From contig JAQTPW010000003.1 in the NCBI GenBank assembly GCA_028712565.1, positions 2,197-66,196 of the forward strand: a DNA stretch of 64,000 nt. Direction: 5' to 3'. This document shows positions 28,964-37,577 of the stretch, piece by piece. Below the pieces are notes generated by a model. The model ran no database searches. It was not told the origin of the DNA and saw only the letters and a list, made by a program, of their open reading frames with translations. Made by a program: the position numbers and the translations under genes. The number at the start of each line of letters is the position of its first letter. The first letter of the stretch is position 1. This stretch comes from Minisyncoccota bacterium. GTDB lineage: Bacteria > Patescibacteriota > Minisyncoccia > Minisyncoccales > JAQTPW01.

Positions 28964-29845
28964 ATGAATTTTAATTTTGTAAGATATAGAAAAACTTATT
29001 ATATATTTTCAGGAATCATAGTTCTGGCAAGCTTATTTTCTTTAATTAAATTTGGCTTAAAGCCCGGCATTGATTTTACAGGCGGAACGATTTTGGAATT
29101 TGAATATAAGGGCGAGAGGCCGTCAAATCAGGCAATATCTGAATCGCTTTCCGCTTTAAAATTGGGAGATATATCGGTGCAGCCATACGGAGAAAAAGGC
29201 GTTATTCTGAGAATGGAGTCTATAGATGACGCAACCCATCAGCAAATTGTTGAAACCCTTGGAGATATAGAAGAAAAACGTTTTGAATCAATCGGGCCCA
29301 CAGTGGGGTTGGAGTTAAAAAATAAAACCCAAATTGTCGCGGTTTTGGCGATAGCGGCTATGGTTTTGTATATTGCTTTTGCCTTCCGGAAAGTTTCTTT
29401 TCCTGTAAGCTCGTGGAAGTATAGCGCAGTTACATTAATTATACTTTCCCACGACGTTTTAATTCCTCTTGGAGTATTTGCAGTTTTGGGAAGACTTTAC
29501 GGAGTTCAGATCACAATTCCGGTTATTGTGGCTTTTTTGACTGTCATAGGTTATGCAATTAATAATGTTGTAGTGGTTTTTGACAGGATCAGGGAAAATT
29601 TAATAAGAAGGTCCGCTGTTGATTTTGAGGAAACGGTAAACGCGGCAATAAATCAGACATTGAGCCGCCAGCTAAATAATTCACTTACCACTTTATTCCC
29701 GCTGATTTTCATTTTTACTTTGGGGGGAGAAACTTTAAAGTATTTTTCTTTGGCTCTAATTTTAGGTCTTGTAGCAGGCACTTATTCCTCCATATTTTTA
29801 TCCGGCCCCATTCTAGTCAGCTGGTTAGGATTTAGAAAGCATTAA
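28964..29845 (+). CDS. secF: Protein translocase subunit SecF
   Basis: GIDFTGGT motif and C-terminal TM block; directly after secD. Confidence 0.9.
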   Translation: MNFNFVRYRKTYYIFSGIIVLASLFSLIKFGLKPGIDFTGGTILEFEYKGERPSNQAISESLSALKLGDISVQPYGEKGVILRMESIDDATHQQIVETLGDIEEKRFESIGPTVGLELKNKTQIVAVLAIAAMVLYIAFAFRKVSFPVSSWKYSAVTLIILSHDVLIPLGVFAVLGRLYGVQITIPVIVAFLTVIGYAINNVVVVFDRIRENLIRRSAVDFEETVNAAINQTLSRQLNNSLTTLFPLIFIFTLGGETLKYFSLALILGLVAGTYSSIFLSGPILVSWLGFRKH

Positions 29846-29896
29846 CAATTATTTTAAAGCAATTGTCTTTGGGGCAGGGATTTGGGTTATCAACAG

Positions 29897-29925
29897 TTGA
29901 CAAAGATATTAAAAAATGCTTTAAT
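29897..29925 (+). promoter_or_regulatory. Candidate promoter
   Basis: TTGACA-17 nt-TTTAAT. Confidence 0.4.
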
Positions 29926-29960
29926 AAGCGAATGACAATATTAAATTTGAAAAAAAACAC

Positions 29961-30935
29961 ATGAATCAAAATTATCAAAAAATTTGCCAAGACCTGCTTA
30001 AAAAATTATCGCCTCGAATAAAGGACGTAATTTTACGTCGCTTTGCGCTAAAGGGCGGAGAAAAGGAAACCTTAGAATCAATTGGAAAGGACTTAAAAGT
30101 TACCCGAGAAAGGGTTCGCCAAATTGAAGAATCAGGATTGGAAAAAATAAGGCCTGAAATCAAAAACTATTCTAAAATTTACCAAGATATTTCCGAATAT
30201 ATTTCTTTAGAAGGCGGTTTAAAAAAAGAAAATGTTTTGTTAGAAAAGTTTGGCGGGAAAAAATATCAGGCGCAAATTAATTTCCTTTTATCGCTTTCAG
30301 ATGATTTTAAGAGATTTGGCGAAACCGAAGATTTTTATTCTTTCTGGACAAACAACGAGGATTCTTTTGAGCTGGCAAGAAAAACAATTAATTCTCTTTT
30401 AAATAAACTAAAGGAAATCGGAAAGCCGATAACTTTTGATAAATTAAAATCGCTTGAGTCAGCAGACGAAAAAACTTTTTTATCTTTTCTTGAAATTTCA
30501 AAAAAAATCCAGAAAAATCAAGAAGGGCTTTACGGATTGAAAGAATGGCCGGAAATAAATCCCCGGGGGATAAAAGACAAGGCATTTTTGATTTTCAAAA
30601 AAGTTGGGAAACCTTTGCATTTTACAGATGTAACCAAATTAATTGAGGGGGCTTTGACTCAGACAGTCCATAATGAATTGATCCGGGATTCAAGGTTTGT
30701 TTTGGTTGGCAGGGGAATTTATGCGCTTTCTGAATGGGGGTATAAGCCGGGCCAAGTAAAAGACGTGATTTTAAAAATTCTAAAAGAGTCCAAAAGGCCA
30801 ATGACAAAAGAAGAAGTTTTGTCTGAAGTTGCAAAGCAAAGATTAGTAAAAGAAAATACGATTTTGTTAAATTTAAGCAATAAAAATTATTTTTCACGCG
30901 ACCCGGAAGGGAAATATATTGTCAGGGAAATTTAA
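29961..30935 (+). CDS. Sigma-70 region-4-like HTH protein with C-terminal HARE-HTH-like domain
   Basis: TLESIGKDLKVTRERVRQIEESGLEKIR (region 4.2-like); C-terminal AFLIFKKVGKPLHFTDVTKLI resembles HARE-HTH. Confidence 0.6.
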   Translation: MNQNYQKICQDLLKKLSPRIKDVILRRFALKGGEKETLESIGKDLKVTRERVRQIEESGLEKIRPEIKNYSKIYQDISEYISLEGGLKKENVLLEKFGGKKYQAQINFLLSLSDDFKRFGETEDFYSFWTNNEDSFELARKTINSLLNKLKEIGKPITFDKLKSLESADEKTFLSFLEISKKIQKNQEGLYGLKEWPEINPRGIKDKAFLIFKKVGKPLHFTDVTKLIEGALTQTVHNELIRDSRFVLVGRGIYALSEWGYKPGQVKDVILKILKESKRPMTKEEVLSEVAKQRLVKENTILLNLSNKNYFSRDPEGKYIVREI

Positions 30936-30941
30936 AAAAAT

Positions 30942-32282
30942 ATGCCACCAGAAGTTTTAGCTTTTTCTAAAACAATCTGGCAATTCATACACCCATTTTT
31001 AAAGCCAATCTGGGAAATTTTTAAAGATTGGTGGTGGGTTCCTTTGCCTTTCATATTATGGAAGCGTTTTTTATTTATGTGGCTGTGGTGGAAGAATGAA
31101 AAATGGTTATATAGCAAAGAATACAGGCCGGTTATGCTGGAGATTAAAATTCCCAGAGAAATTTTAAAGCCCATTCGCGCAATGGAAGCGGTTATGTCCA
31201 GCCTTCATGCTGTGATTTATCATCCGCCTGACTGGTGGGAAAAATGGATTGACGGCCAACTGCAGCTTTCTATGGCTCTGGAAATAGTTTCCATAGGAGG
31301 CGCTCCTCATTTTTTTATAAGATTTAATTATCCTTACCGCAAAGCTGTGGAAGCGGCTCTTTATTCCCAATATCCGAATATAGAAATTCAGGAAGTTGAC
31401 GATTATTCAAAATACGTGCCTCAAGACATACCAAACAAAGAATGGGATTTATGGGCCGCAGATTACAGGTTATTAAAACCAGATCCTTATCCAATTAAAA
31501 CATACGCCCAGTTTGAAACAGAGTCAGAAGCGCTTGAAGAAAAAAGAATAGATCCAATAGCTGATTTACTGGAGGCAATGGCGAAAATGACTCCAGATGA
31601 ACAGCTCTGGATTCAAATAAGGGCCGAGCCCTTGTCTCAGCCGGATGAGAACGCCCAGTATGCCCATTTTCTAAAAGAAGGAGAAGAAATCCGCGATAAA
31701 ATTGCAAGAAGGAAAAAACCGCCAGAGCCGGTGTCAATGCTCAAAGAAATGGTAAATGTGATTTCCGGCAATCCATCTGCCCCGCCTGCTGAAGAAAAAG
31801 AAATGATACCTTCTGAAATGAAAATGACGCCCGGAGAAAGAGAAATAATTACTGCTGTTGAGCAAAAAATGTCAAAACCCGCTTTTTCTGTCGGAGTAAG
31901 ATTTATTTATCTTGGCAAAAGAGACGTCTTTTATAACCCGAATTTCAGATTGGCATTTACCTATTTTAATGAATTTGTAACCGCAAATCTTAACAACATT
32001 CAGCCCTTCCATGTCACTAAAATAAAAAAATCTTGGTTTTTGCCGTATAATTTGTTAAGGCCGAGAAGGGATTATTTGAGATGTCGGCGACTTTTTAGAA
32101 ATTACAGAGAAAGATTTTCTCCTTTTTATCCAAGATTCAAAATTACCAAAGGAACCTTTATTTTAAACACTGAAGAGCTGGCTTCTTTATATCATTTCCC
32201 GAGCGCCATAGTTTCTCCTGTTCCGACTATCCCAAGAATAGAATCAAAAAGAGGAGGGCCGCCTCCAGAATTGCCAGTATAA
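30942..32282 (+). CDS. Membrane-anchored hypothetical protein (Trp-rich N-terminal TM region, large soluble domain)
   Basis: 446 aa; N-terminal WWWVPLPFILWKRFLFMWLWW; no recognisable catalytic motif; 35 nt upstream of the ATPase gene. Confidence 0.6.
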   Translation: MPPEVLAFSKTIWQFIHPFLKPIWEIFKDWWWVPLPFILWKRFLFMWLWWKNEKWLYSKEYRPVMLEIKIPREILKPIRAMEAVMSSLHAVIYHPPDWWEKWIDGQLQLSMALEIVSIGGAPHFFIRFNYPYRKAVEAALYSQYPNIEIQEVDDYSKYVPQDIPNKEWDLWAADYRLLKPDPYPIKTYAQFETESEALEEKRIDPIADLLEAMAKMTPDEQLWIQIRAEPLSQPDENAQYAHFLKEGEEIRDKIARRKKPPEPVSMLKEMVNVISGNPSAPPAEEKEMIPSEMKMTPGEREIITAVEQKMSKPAFSVGVRFIYLGKRDVFYNPNFRLAFTYFNEFVTANLNNIQPFHVTKIKKSWFLPYNLLRPRRDYLRCRRLFRNYRERFSPFYPRFKITKGTFILNTEELASLYHFPSAIVSPVPTIPRIESKRGGPPPELPV

Positions 32283-32317
32283 TAATTTTTAAATTCAAAA
32301 TTTAAAAGCTGTTTTAA

Positions 32318-34048
32318 ATGACAAAAGATGAAGAGATAAATTTTTTTGGATTAACCACTTTTAGAAACCAAAAGAAAAAATTTGGGATAAAGCCCGATGA
32401 CAGGCGACGGCATATTTATGTTGTCGGAAAAACCGGCATGGGAAAGACCGAAATGCTTGCAAATATGGCAATCCAAGACATCCAGGCGGGGAGAGGAATT
32501 TGTTTTGTTGATCCCCACGGAGAGGTGGCAGAAAAATTGCTGGATTTTGTCCCCTCAAAAAGAGTAAACGATGTGGTTTATTTTAACCCGGCCGACATTG
32601 ATTATCCGATTGCTTTTAATGTTATGGAGAAAGTGGATCCCGAGCACAGGCATTTGGTGGCGGCGGGGTTGATGGGCGTTTTCAAAAAAATATGGCCCGA
32701 TGTTTGGTCTGCCAGAATGGAATATATTTTAAATAATTCTGTTTTGGCGCTTTTGGAATATCCGGGTTCTACCCTGCTGGGAGTAAATAGGATGTTGGCT
32801 GATCCCGATTATCGGAAAAAAGTTGTGGAAAGAGTAAATGACCCGGTGGTAAAGTCCTTTTGGGTCCAGGAATTTGCCAGATATACCCAAAGATACGAAA
32901 CAGAAGCCACGGCCGCAATCCAAAACAAAATCGGCCAATTTATTTCCAATCCTTTGATAAGGAATATAATTGGTCAAGTTCAGTCCACTGTAAATATGCG
33001 GAAAATAATGGATGAAGGAAAGATTTTAATTGCCAATATCTCAAAAGGCAGAATAGGCGAGGATAATTCCCGGCTTTTGGGAGCCCTAGTCATTACAAAA
33101 ATTCAGCTAGCGGCAATGTCTCGGGTGGATATTTTAGAAGAAAAAAGAAAGGACTTTTATTTGTATGTTGATGAATTTCAAAACTTTGCCACCGATGCTT
33201 TTATTAATATTTTATCTGAGGCAAGAAAATACAGGTTAAATTTAACATTAGCTAACCAATATCTGGGCCAGCTTGAAGAAATGACAGCTGCCGGTAAGAG
33301 CGAAAAAGTGAGAGATGCGGTTTTTGGCAACGTTGGAACCATAATTTGTTTCAGAGTAGGCGCTGAAGACGCGGAATTTTTGGAAAAAGAATTTATGCCG
33401 GAATTTTTAGCTACGGATCTGGTAAATTTGGGAAAATACAACATATATTTGAAATTAATGATTGACGGCATAGCCGGCATGCCGTTTTCCGCAATAACCT
33501 TGCCGCCTTTTCCAAAATCTCAAACAATAAATACTGAAAAAATCATAAAAGTTTCTCGGGAAAGGTACGGTACTCCCAAAAAAATAATTGAAGAAAAAAT
33601 TATAAAATGGGTGGGAGCTGCAGAATCTCAGGAGGCGCCTCAAAGACCGGCGGCTCCTGCGTCGGCCTCCTCTGTTTTATACGATGCAAAATGCGCAGCC
33701 TGCGGGAAGTGGACAAAAGTCATTTTTCCTCCAGACGGAAAAAGGCCTGTCTACTGCAAATCTTGTTTGAATAAAGTAAAAAATAAGGACAATCAAACTT
33801 CTTCAGCTCCTCAAAATCCCCCTCAGCAAAACGAAAGCTTTGTTCAAACCCCGCCTATGCCGCAAACCCCGCCTTCTGCTTTATCCCTTGATGAAGCAGT
33901 AAAAGAAGCCACTATACCCTTTTCACCTTCTAAAAAAAATATAGACATAAAAGAAAAGCCAAAAAGAAAGGAAGTAAACTTGGAAGAATTGAAAAAGGTT
34001 TTGGAAGAATCTTTGAAAAAGAATGATGAAAACACTAAAGGATCTTAA
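32318..34048 (+). CDS. VirD4/TraD/HerA-FtsK-superfamily P-loop ATPase with C-terminal zinc ribbon and Pro/Gln-rich tail
   Basis: Walker A VVGKTGMGKTE, Walker B FYLYVDEFQNF, CAACGKWTKVIFPPDGKRPVYCKSC. Confidence 0.75.
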   Translation: MTKDEEINFFGLTTFRNQKKKFGIKPDDRRRHIYVVGKTGMGKTEMLANMAIQDIQAGRGICFVDPHGEVAEKLLDFVPSKRVNDVVYFNPADIDYPIAFNVMEKVDPEHRHLVAAGLMGVFKKIWPDVWSARMEYILNNSVLALLEYPGSTLLGVNRMLADPDYRKKVVERVNDPVVKSFWVQEFARYTQRYETEATAAIQNKIGQFISNPLIRNIIGQVQSTVNMRKIMDEGKILIANISKGRIGEDNSRLLGALVITKIQLAAMSRVDILEEKRKDFYLYVDEFQNFATDAFINILSEARKYRLNLTLANQYLGQLEEMTAAGKSEKVRDAVFGNVGTIICFRVGAEDAEFLEKEFMPEFLATDLVNLGKYNIYLKLMIDGIAGMPFSAITLPPFPKSQTINTEKIIKVSRERYGTPKKIIEEKIIKWVGAAESQEAPQRPAAPASASSVLYDAKCAACGKWTKVIFPPDGKRPVYCKSCLNKVKNKDNQTSSAPQNPPQQNESFVQTPPMPQTPPSALSLDEAVKEATIPFSPSKKNIDIKEKPKRKEVNLEELKKVLEESLKKNDENTKGS

Positions 34049-35063
34049 TTTTGAAAATAAAAAAACTCTAGTCAGGTGCGATTTTAATGTTCCCTTGGAT
34101 AGTTTGGGAAATATTTTGGACGATTACAGAATTTTAAAAAGCGTGCCGATAATTAAATATCTGGCAGAAAAAAAAGCAAAAGTGATTTTAATGAGCCATT
34201 TAGATGATCCCGGAGGAAAAATAGTGGAGAGCTTAAGGTTAGATTCTATTCAGAAAAAATTAACAGAATATTTAGGTTTCCCTGTTATAAAAGTATCGGA
34301 TTGCATAGGATTAGACGTCCAAAAAAAAGCATTTAATATGAAAGAAGGGGAAGTTTTGCTTTTGGAAAATTTAAGATTCCACTCTGAAGAAGAAAAAAAT
34401 GATGATAGTTTTGCCAAAGAACTTTCAAAATTGGGAGAAATTTACATCAATGATGCGTTTTCCTGCTCACACAGGGCCCATGCCTCAATAGCCGGGGTGC
34501 CAAAATATTTAGAAGGCGGAATTGGGTTTTTATTTGAAAAAGAAATTGAGGTTTTGGACAATTTATTTAAAAATCCAAAAAAGCCGCAAATTTCAATAGT
34601 AGGAGGGAAAAAGGTGGAAACAAAAACTGCATTTTTAGATAAAATTTCCGAAAATTCTTCTTATGTATTAGTTGGCGGGCTGATTGAGAAAGAAATAAAA
34701 GAAAAAAATATAAAACTAAAGCATCCAGAAAAAATAATATTTCCAGTTGACGATATTGATACTTTTGATATAGGGCCAAAAACACTAGATCTCTTTAAAG
34801 AAAAGATAAAAATAGCAAAAACAATTATTTGGAATGGCCCCTTGGGACAGATTGAAAAAAAAGAATATTCAAATGGGTCTTTAGAAATCGCAAAAGCAAT
34901 CATAGAAAGCAGGGCTTTTTCGGTAGCTGGCGGAGGAGAAACAGTGGAGTTTATAAATAAAAAAGGCCTTTCTGAAAAATTCAGCCATCTTTCGACTGGC
35001 GGAGGGGCGATGATTGCTTTTTTAGCAGGAGAAAAGCTTCCCGGAATCGAAGTTTTAAGGTAA
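34023..35063 (+). CDS. pgk: Phosphoglycerate kinase
   Basis: VRCDFNVPLD, MSHLDDPGG, STGGGA motifs; overlaps the upstream ATPase gene by 26 nt. Confidence 0.9.
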   Translation: MMKTLKDLNFENKKTLVRCDFNVPLDSLGNILDDYRILKSVPIIKYLAEKKAKVILMSHLDDPGGKIVESLRLDSIQKKLTEYLGFPVIKVSDCIGLDVQKKAFNMKEGEVLLLENLRFHSEEEKNDDSFAKELSKLGEIYINDAFSCSHRAHASIAGVPKYLEGGIGFLFEKEIEVLDNLFKNPKKPQISIVGGKKVETKTAFLDKISENSSYVLVGGLIEKEIKEKNIKLKHPEKIIFPVDDIDTFDIGPKTLDLFKEKIKIAKTIIWNGPLGQIEKKEYSNGSLEIAKAIIESRAFSVAGGGETVEFINKKGLSEKFSHLSTGGGAMIAFLAGEKLPGIEVLR

Positions 35064-35107
35064 ATATTTAACGAAAAGCGCCACACTTTGTTGGCGCAAA
35101 ATTATCT

Positions 35108-35180
35108 GGTGGCCGGACGCTGAGAACCGCAATTTGCGGAGAGGTGCCGGGGTGAAGGCCCCGTCCCAGCGTTGCCGGCC
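35108..35180 (+). ncRNA. GC-rich structured RNA candidate (class unknown)
   Basis: GGCCGGACGCTG...CAGCGTTGCCGGCC closing helix enclosing the hairpins CCGCA-ATT-TGCGG and CCGGGG-TGAAGG-CCCCG; much more GC-rich than its surroundings. Confidence 0.35.
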
Positions 35181-35224
35181 ATATATACTAGCTATAATAT
35201 AATTAATTTTTTTATCTTTGTCAA

Positions 35225-36388
35225 ATGCCAAATGAAATTAAAAACCTAACTCAGGCTTCTGAAAAAATTTTAGAGGCGATTAAAAAAAAGGAAAAAATTA
35301 TCCTTTATGGGGATGCGGATTTAGATGGCGTATCTTCCGTAATTATCTTAAAAGAAGCTATCAAAAATCTAAACGGCAAAGTAGCCGCTGTTTATTTTCC
35401 GGATCGCGAAACCGAAGGATATGGAATTACAAAGGCCGGATTGGATTCTCTAAAAATATTTTCTCCGGCTTTATTGGTTGCTCTGGATTTGGGCATTGGG
35501 AATTTTGCCGAAGTAAAATTAGCAAAAAAATTGGGCTTTGAAGTCATAATTATTGATCATCATGAAATCTTGGACAAGCTTCCTGACGCCAAAGTTATTG
35601 TAGATCCAAAGCAGGAAGGGGATAAATATCTTTTTAAAAAATTTGCCAATGCGGGCTTGGTTTTTAAGCTTTCCGAGATTTTATTAAGAGATTTAATGAC
35701 CGAAGCTTTGCGCAAAAATTTTTTGGAGTTAACCGCGCTGGCAACAATCGCCGATATGATGCCGAAAGAAGCCGAAAATGAAATTTTTATAGCGGAAGGG
35801 TTAAAATCTTTGGAAAATTCCTGGCGGCCGGGAATTCGCGCCTTTTTTGAAGGGAAATATTTTAACGATTTTTCTCCCGAGCAAAGAATATCAAAAATCA
35901 TCTCCATTTTAAATGTCCGCGATGTGGAAAATGGCTATCCTGCCTGTTTTCGATTATTTAGTTTTTCTTCAATTGATGAATCTAAAAAATTAATTGAAAA
36001 ACTTTTGGAAAAAAGAGAGCAAAGCCGCAAAGAAATGGAAGATATTGTCCAGGAAATAGAAAATCGGCTTATGGGAAAACCCGAAGAAAAAATTATTTTT
36101 GAGGGAGACCGTGGCTGGGAGTTTACCTCTATTTCTCCAATAGCTTCAATACTTAGCCAAGAATATAAAAAACCAGTTTTTATTTTTAAAATATTGGGGA
36201 AAGAAAGCCAGGGAACAGTGAGGGCGCCAAAAGGAGTAGATATTGTGGTTTTGATGAAAAAATGCAAAAACCTTCTTTTAACTTATGGCGGGCATCCTTT
36301 GGCTGCTGGTTTTAGGATAAAAAACGAAAATTTGGAAAAATTTAGAAAATGCCTAATTAAAAACTTAAAAGGTATGAAACCCCGTTAG
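35225..36388 (+). CDS. DHH/DHHA1 phosphoesterase (RecJ-core/NrnA-like)
   Basis: YGDADLDGVSS, IIIDHHE, YGGHPLAAGF motifs; 387 aa. Confidence 0.75.
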   Translation: MPNEIKNLTQASEKILEAIKKKEKIILYGDADLDGVSSVIILKEAIKNLNGKVAAVYFPDRETEGYGITKAGLDSLKIFSPALLVALDLGIGNFAEVKLAKKLGFEVIIIDHHEILDKLPDAKVIVDPKQEGDKYLFKKFANAGLVFKLSEILLRDLMTEALRKNFLELTALATIADMMPKEAENEIFIAEGLKSLENSWRPGIRAFFEGKYFNDFSPEQRISKIISILNVRDVENGYPACFRLFSFSSIDESKKLIEKLLEKREQSRKEMEDIVQEIENRLMGKPEEKIIFEGDRGWEFTSISPIASILSQEYKKPVFIFKILGKESQGTVRAPKGVDIVVLMKKCKNLLLTYGGHPLAAGFRIKNENLEKFRKCLIKNLKGMKPR

Positions 36389-36512
36389 AAATCTTATGTA
36401 GAAAAATTTTCATTAAAATTTTTCTACTTGATTATTCGCGGGAGCATAATTAACTACAAAATATTTGTCAAAAAATGATTTTAAGTTATATAATGACAGA
36501 TTTCTAACGGGG
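36380..36512 (+). repeat. Structured intergenic element, copy 2
   Basis: CCCCGTTAGAAATC (36380-93) is complementary to GATTTCTAACGGGG (36499-512). Hairpin 36398-36427. TTGTCA-18-TATAAT at 36465-36494. Confidence 0.6.
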
Positions 36513-36952
36513 TGAAAAAAATAATTATTTATACAGACGGCGGCTCCCGGGGAAATCCGGGGGAATCAGCAATTGGAGCTGTTTTTTGCAATGAAAGGGG
36601 AGAGATTTTCAAAAAACATTCTGAATGTTTGGGCAGGGCCACCAATAATGAAGCTGAATATCAAGCTGTAATTCTTGCCCTGAAAAAATTTAAATCTCTT
36701 TTCGGAAATAAACTCGCTCAAAATTCCGATATTGAAATAAAATCAGATTCTGAATTATTGGTAAAGCAGTTAAACGGCGAGTATAAAATTATGGAGCCGG
36801 AAATCGGAAATCTTTTTTTGAAAATCTGGAATTTGAAAACTGATTTTAAGAAAGTAAAATTTACTCTTATTTCCCGCGAAAAAAATAAAGAAGCGGACAG
36901 GTTAGTAAACGAGGCGTTGGACTCACAAGTTGCCGCTCAAAAATTATTTTAA
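36512..36952 (+). CDS. rnhA: Ribonuclease HI
   Basis: IYTDGGSRGNPG, TNNEAEYQAVILAL, D-E-D-D catalytic pattern; GTG start. Confidence 0.85.
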   Translation: MKKIIIYTDGGSRGNPGESAIGAVFCNERGEIFKKHSECLGRATNNEAEYQAVILALKKFKSLFGNKLAQNSDIEIKSDSELLVKQLNGEYKIMEPEIGNLFLKIWNLKTDFKKVKFTLISREKNKEADRLVNEALDSQVAAQKLF

Positions 36953-36953
36953 G

Positions 36954-36987
36954 CACCAAAAAACAGCCCGCGGGCTGTTTTTTGGTG
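36954..36987. terminator. Perfect palindromic bidirectional terminator
   Basis: CACCAAAAAACAGCCCGCGGGCTGTTTTTTGGTG, shared by rnhA (+) and RNase P RNA (-). Confidence 0.7.
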
Positions 36988-37460
36988 TTCCAGCAAATCT
37001 GTAAGCCGAATTCTGTGTCACCCGCCGAAGCCCAATGGGCGAAGGCGGGCCAGGTGATTATCTATCTGCCGCGTAAATTACTCTACGCGATCAAGCGAAC
37101 TACTTTTCACAAAAGCTCTAGATGAAACCAGATCTTTTGTTTTGTTCTTGCGCCCAATAAGGATTTAGCCGTTTCACTTCAGCCTTTGGTTGAAGTGTCC
37201 TTCCGTAGCTCCTTGCGGAGCGAAGGAGAACCACAACCTTATAGTTGAACTCGTCCTCCTACGCTTTTTTGAGCTTCGGAGGACTCCTTCGGCCTTTCGG
37301 CCTCAGTCGTCTCTGATCGCACCTCTACCTTGCGGTTGGCGGCTGTTAGCCGCTATCTTTTTAGATCCGCCTAATCGGCGGAAATGGGTGTTCGGACTTT
37401 CCTCTCGCCCGCAATGCCATCATATGGCTTTGGGCGAGCAATCACCCGACTTGCTGGAAC
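36987..37460 (-). ncRNA. rnpB: RNase P RNA, bacterial type A
   Basis: On the - strand: GAGGAAAGTCCG (37404-37393), ACAGAATTCGGCTTA near 37015-37001, and P1 pairing of GTTCCAGCAA (5') with TTGCTGGAAC (3'). Confidence 0.85.
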
Positions 37461-37466
37461 GAGTTT

Positions 37467-37496
37467 ATTTTAACAAGAAATTATTTGTTTTGTCAA
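37467..37496 (-). promoter_or_regulatory. Promoter of RNase P RNA
   Basis: - strand TTGACA (37496-91), 18-nt spacer, TAAAAT (37472-67), about 7 nt before the P1 5' end. Confidence 0.5.
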
Positions 37497-37544
37497 CCCA
37501 TTCGACTCCGCTCAGGGTTGACACTTAGCTTGTCGAAGAGTCAA

Positions 37545-37577
37545 ATCAAAAATAAAAAGCCGGTGGTTTAACCGGCT
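37545..37577 (-). terminator. pyrB terminator
   Basis: AGCCGGT-GGTTTA-ACCGGCT hairpin containing the stop codon, followed on the - strand by TTTTATTTTT. Confidence 0.55.

Noticed and set aside
35108-35180. Tested as SRP (4.5S) RNA or TPP riboswitch
   Set aside because: It has a GNAR-like loop and a CTGAGA. However, it lacks the SRP AGG...AGCA symmetric-loop pattern and single-hairpin geometry. It also lacks the TPP ACCTGATCTGGATAATGCCAGCG-type arm. The class is left open.
37190-37528. 112-aa + strand ORF in a GC-rich stretch
   Set aside because: It lies entirely over the RNase P RNA gene on the opposite strand (GAGGAAAGTCCG and ACAGAATTCGGCTTA motifs). Its openness is a by-product of GC-rich structured RNA.
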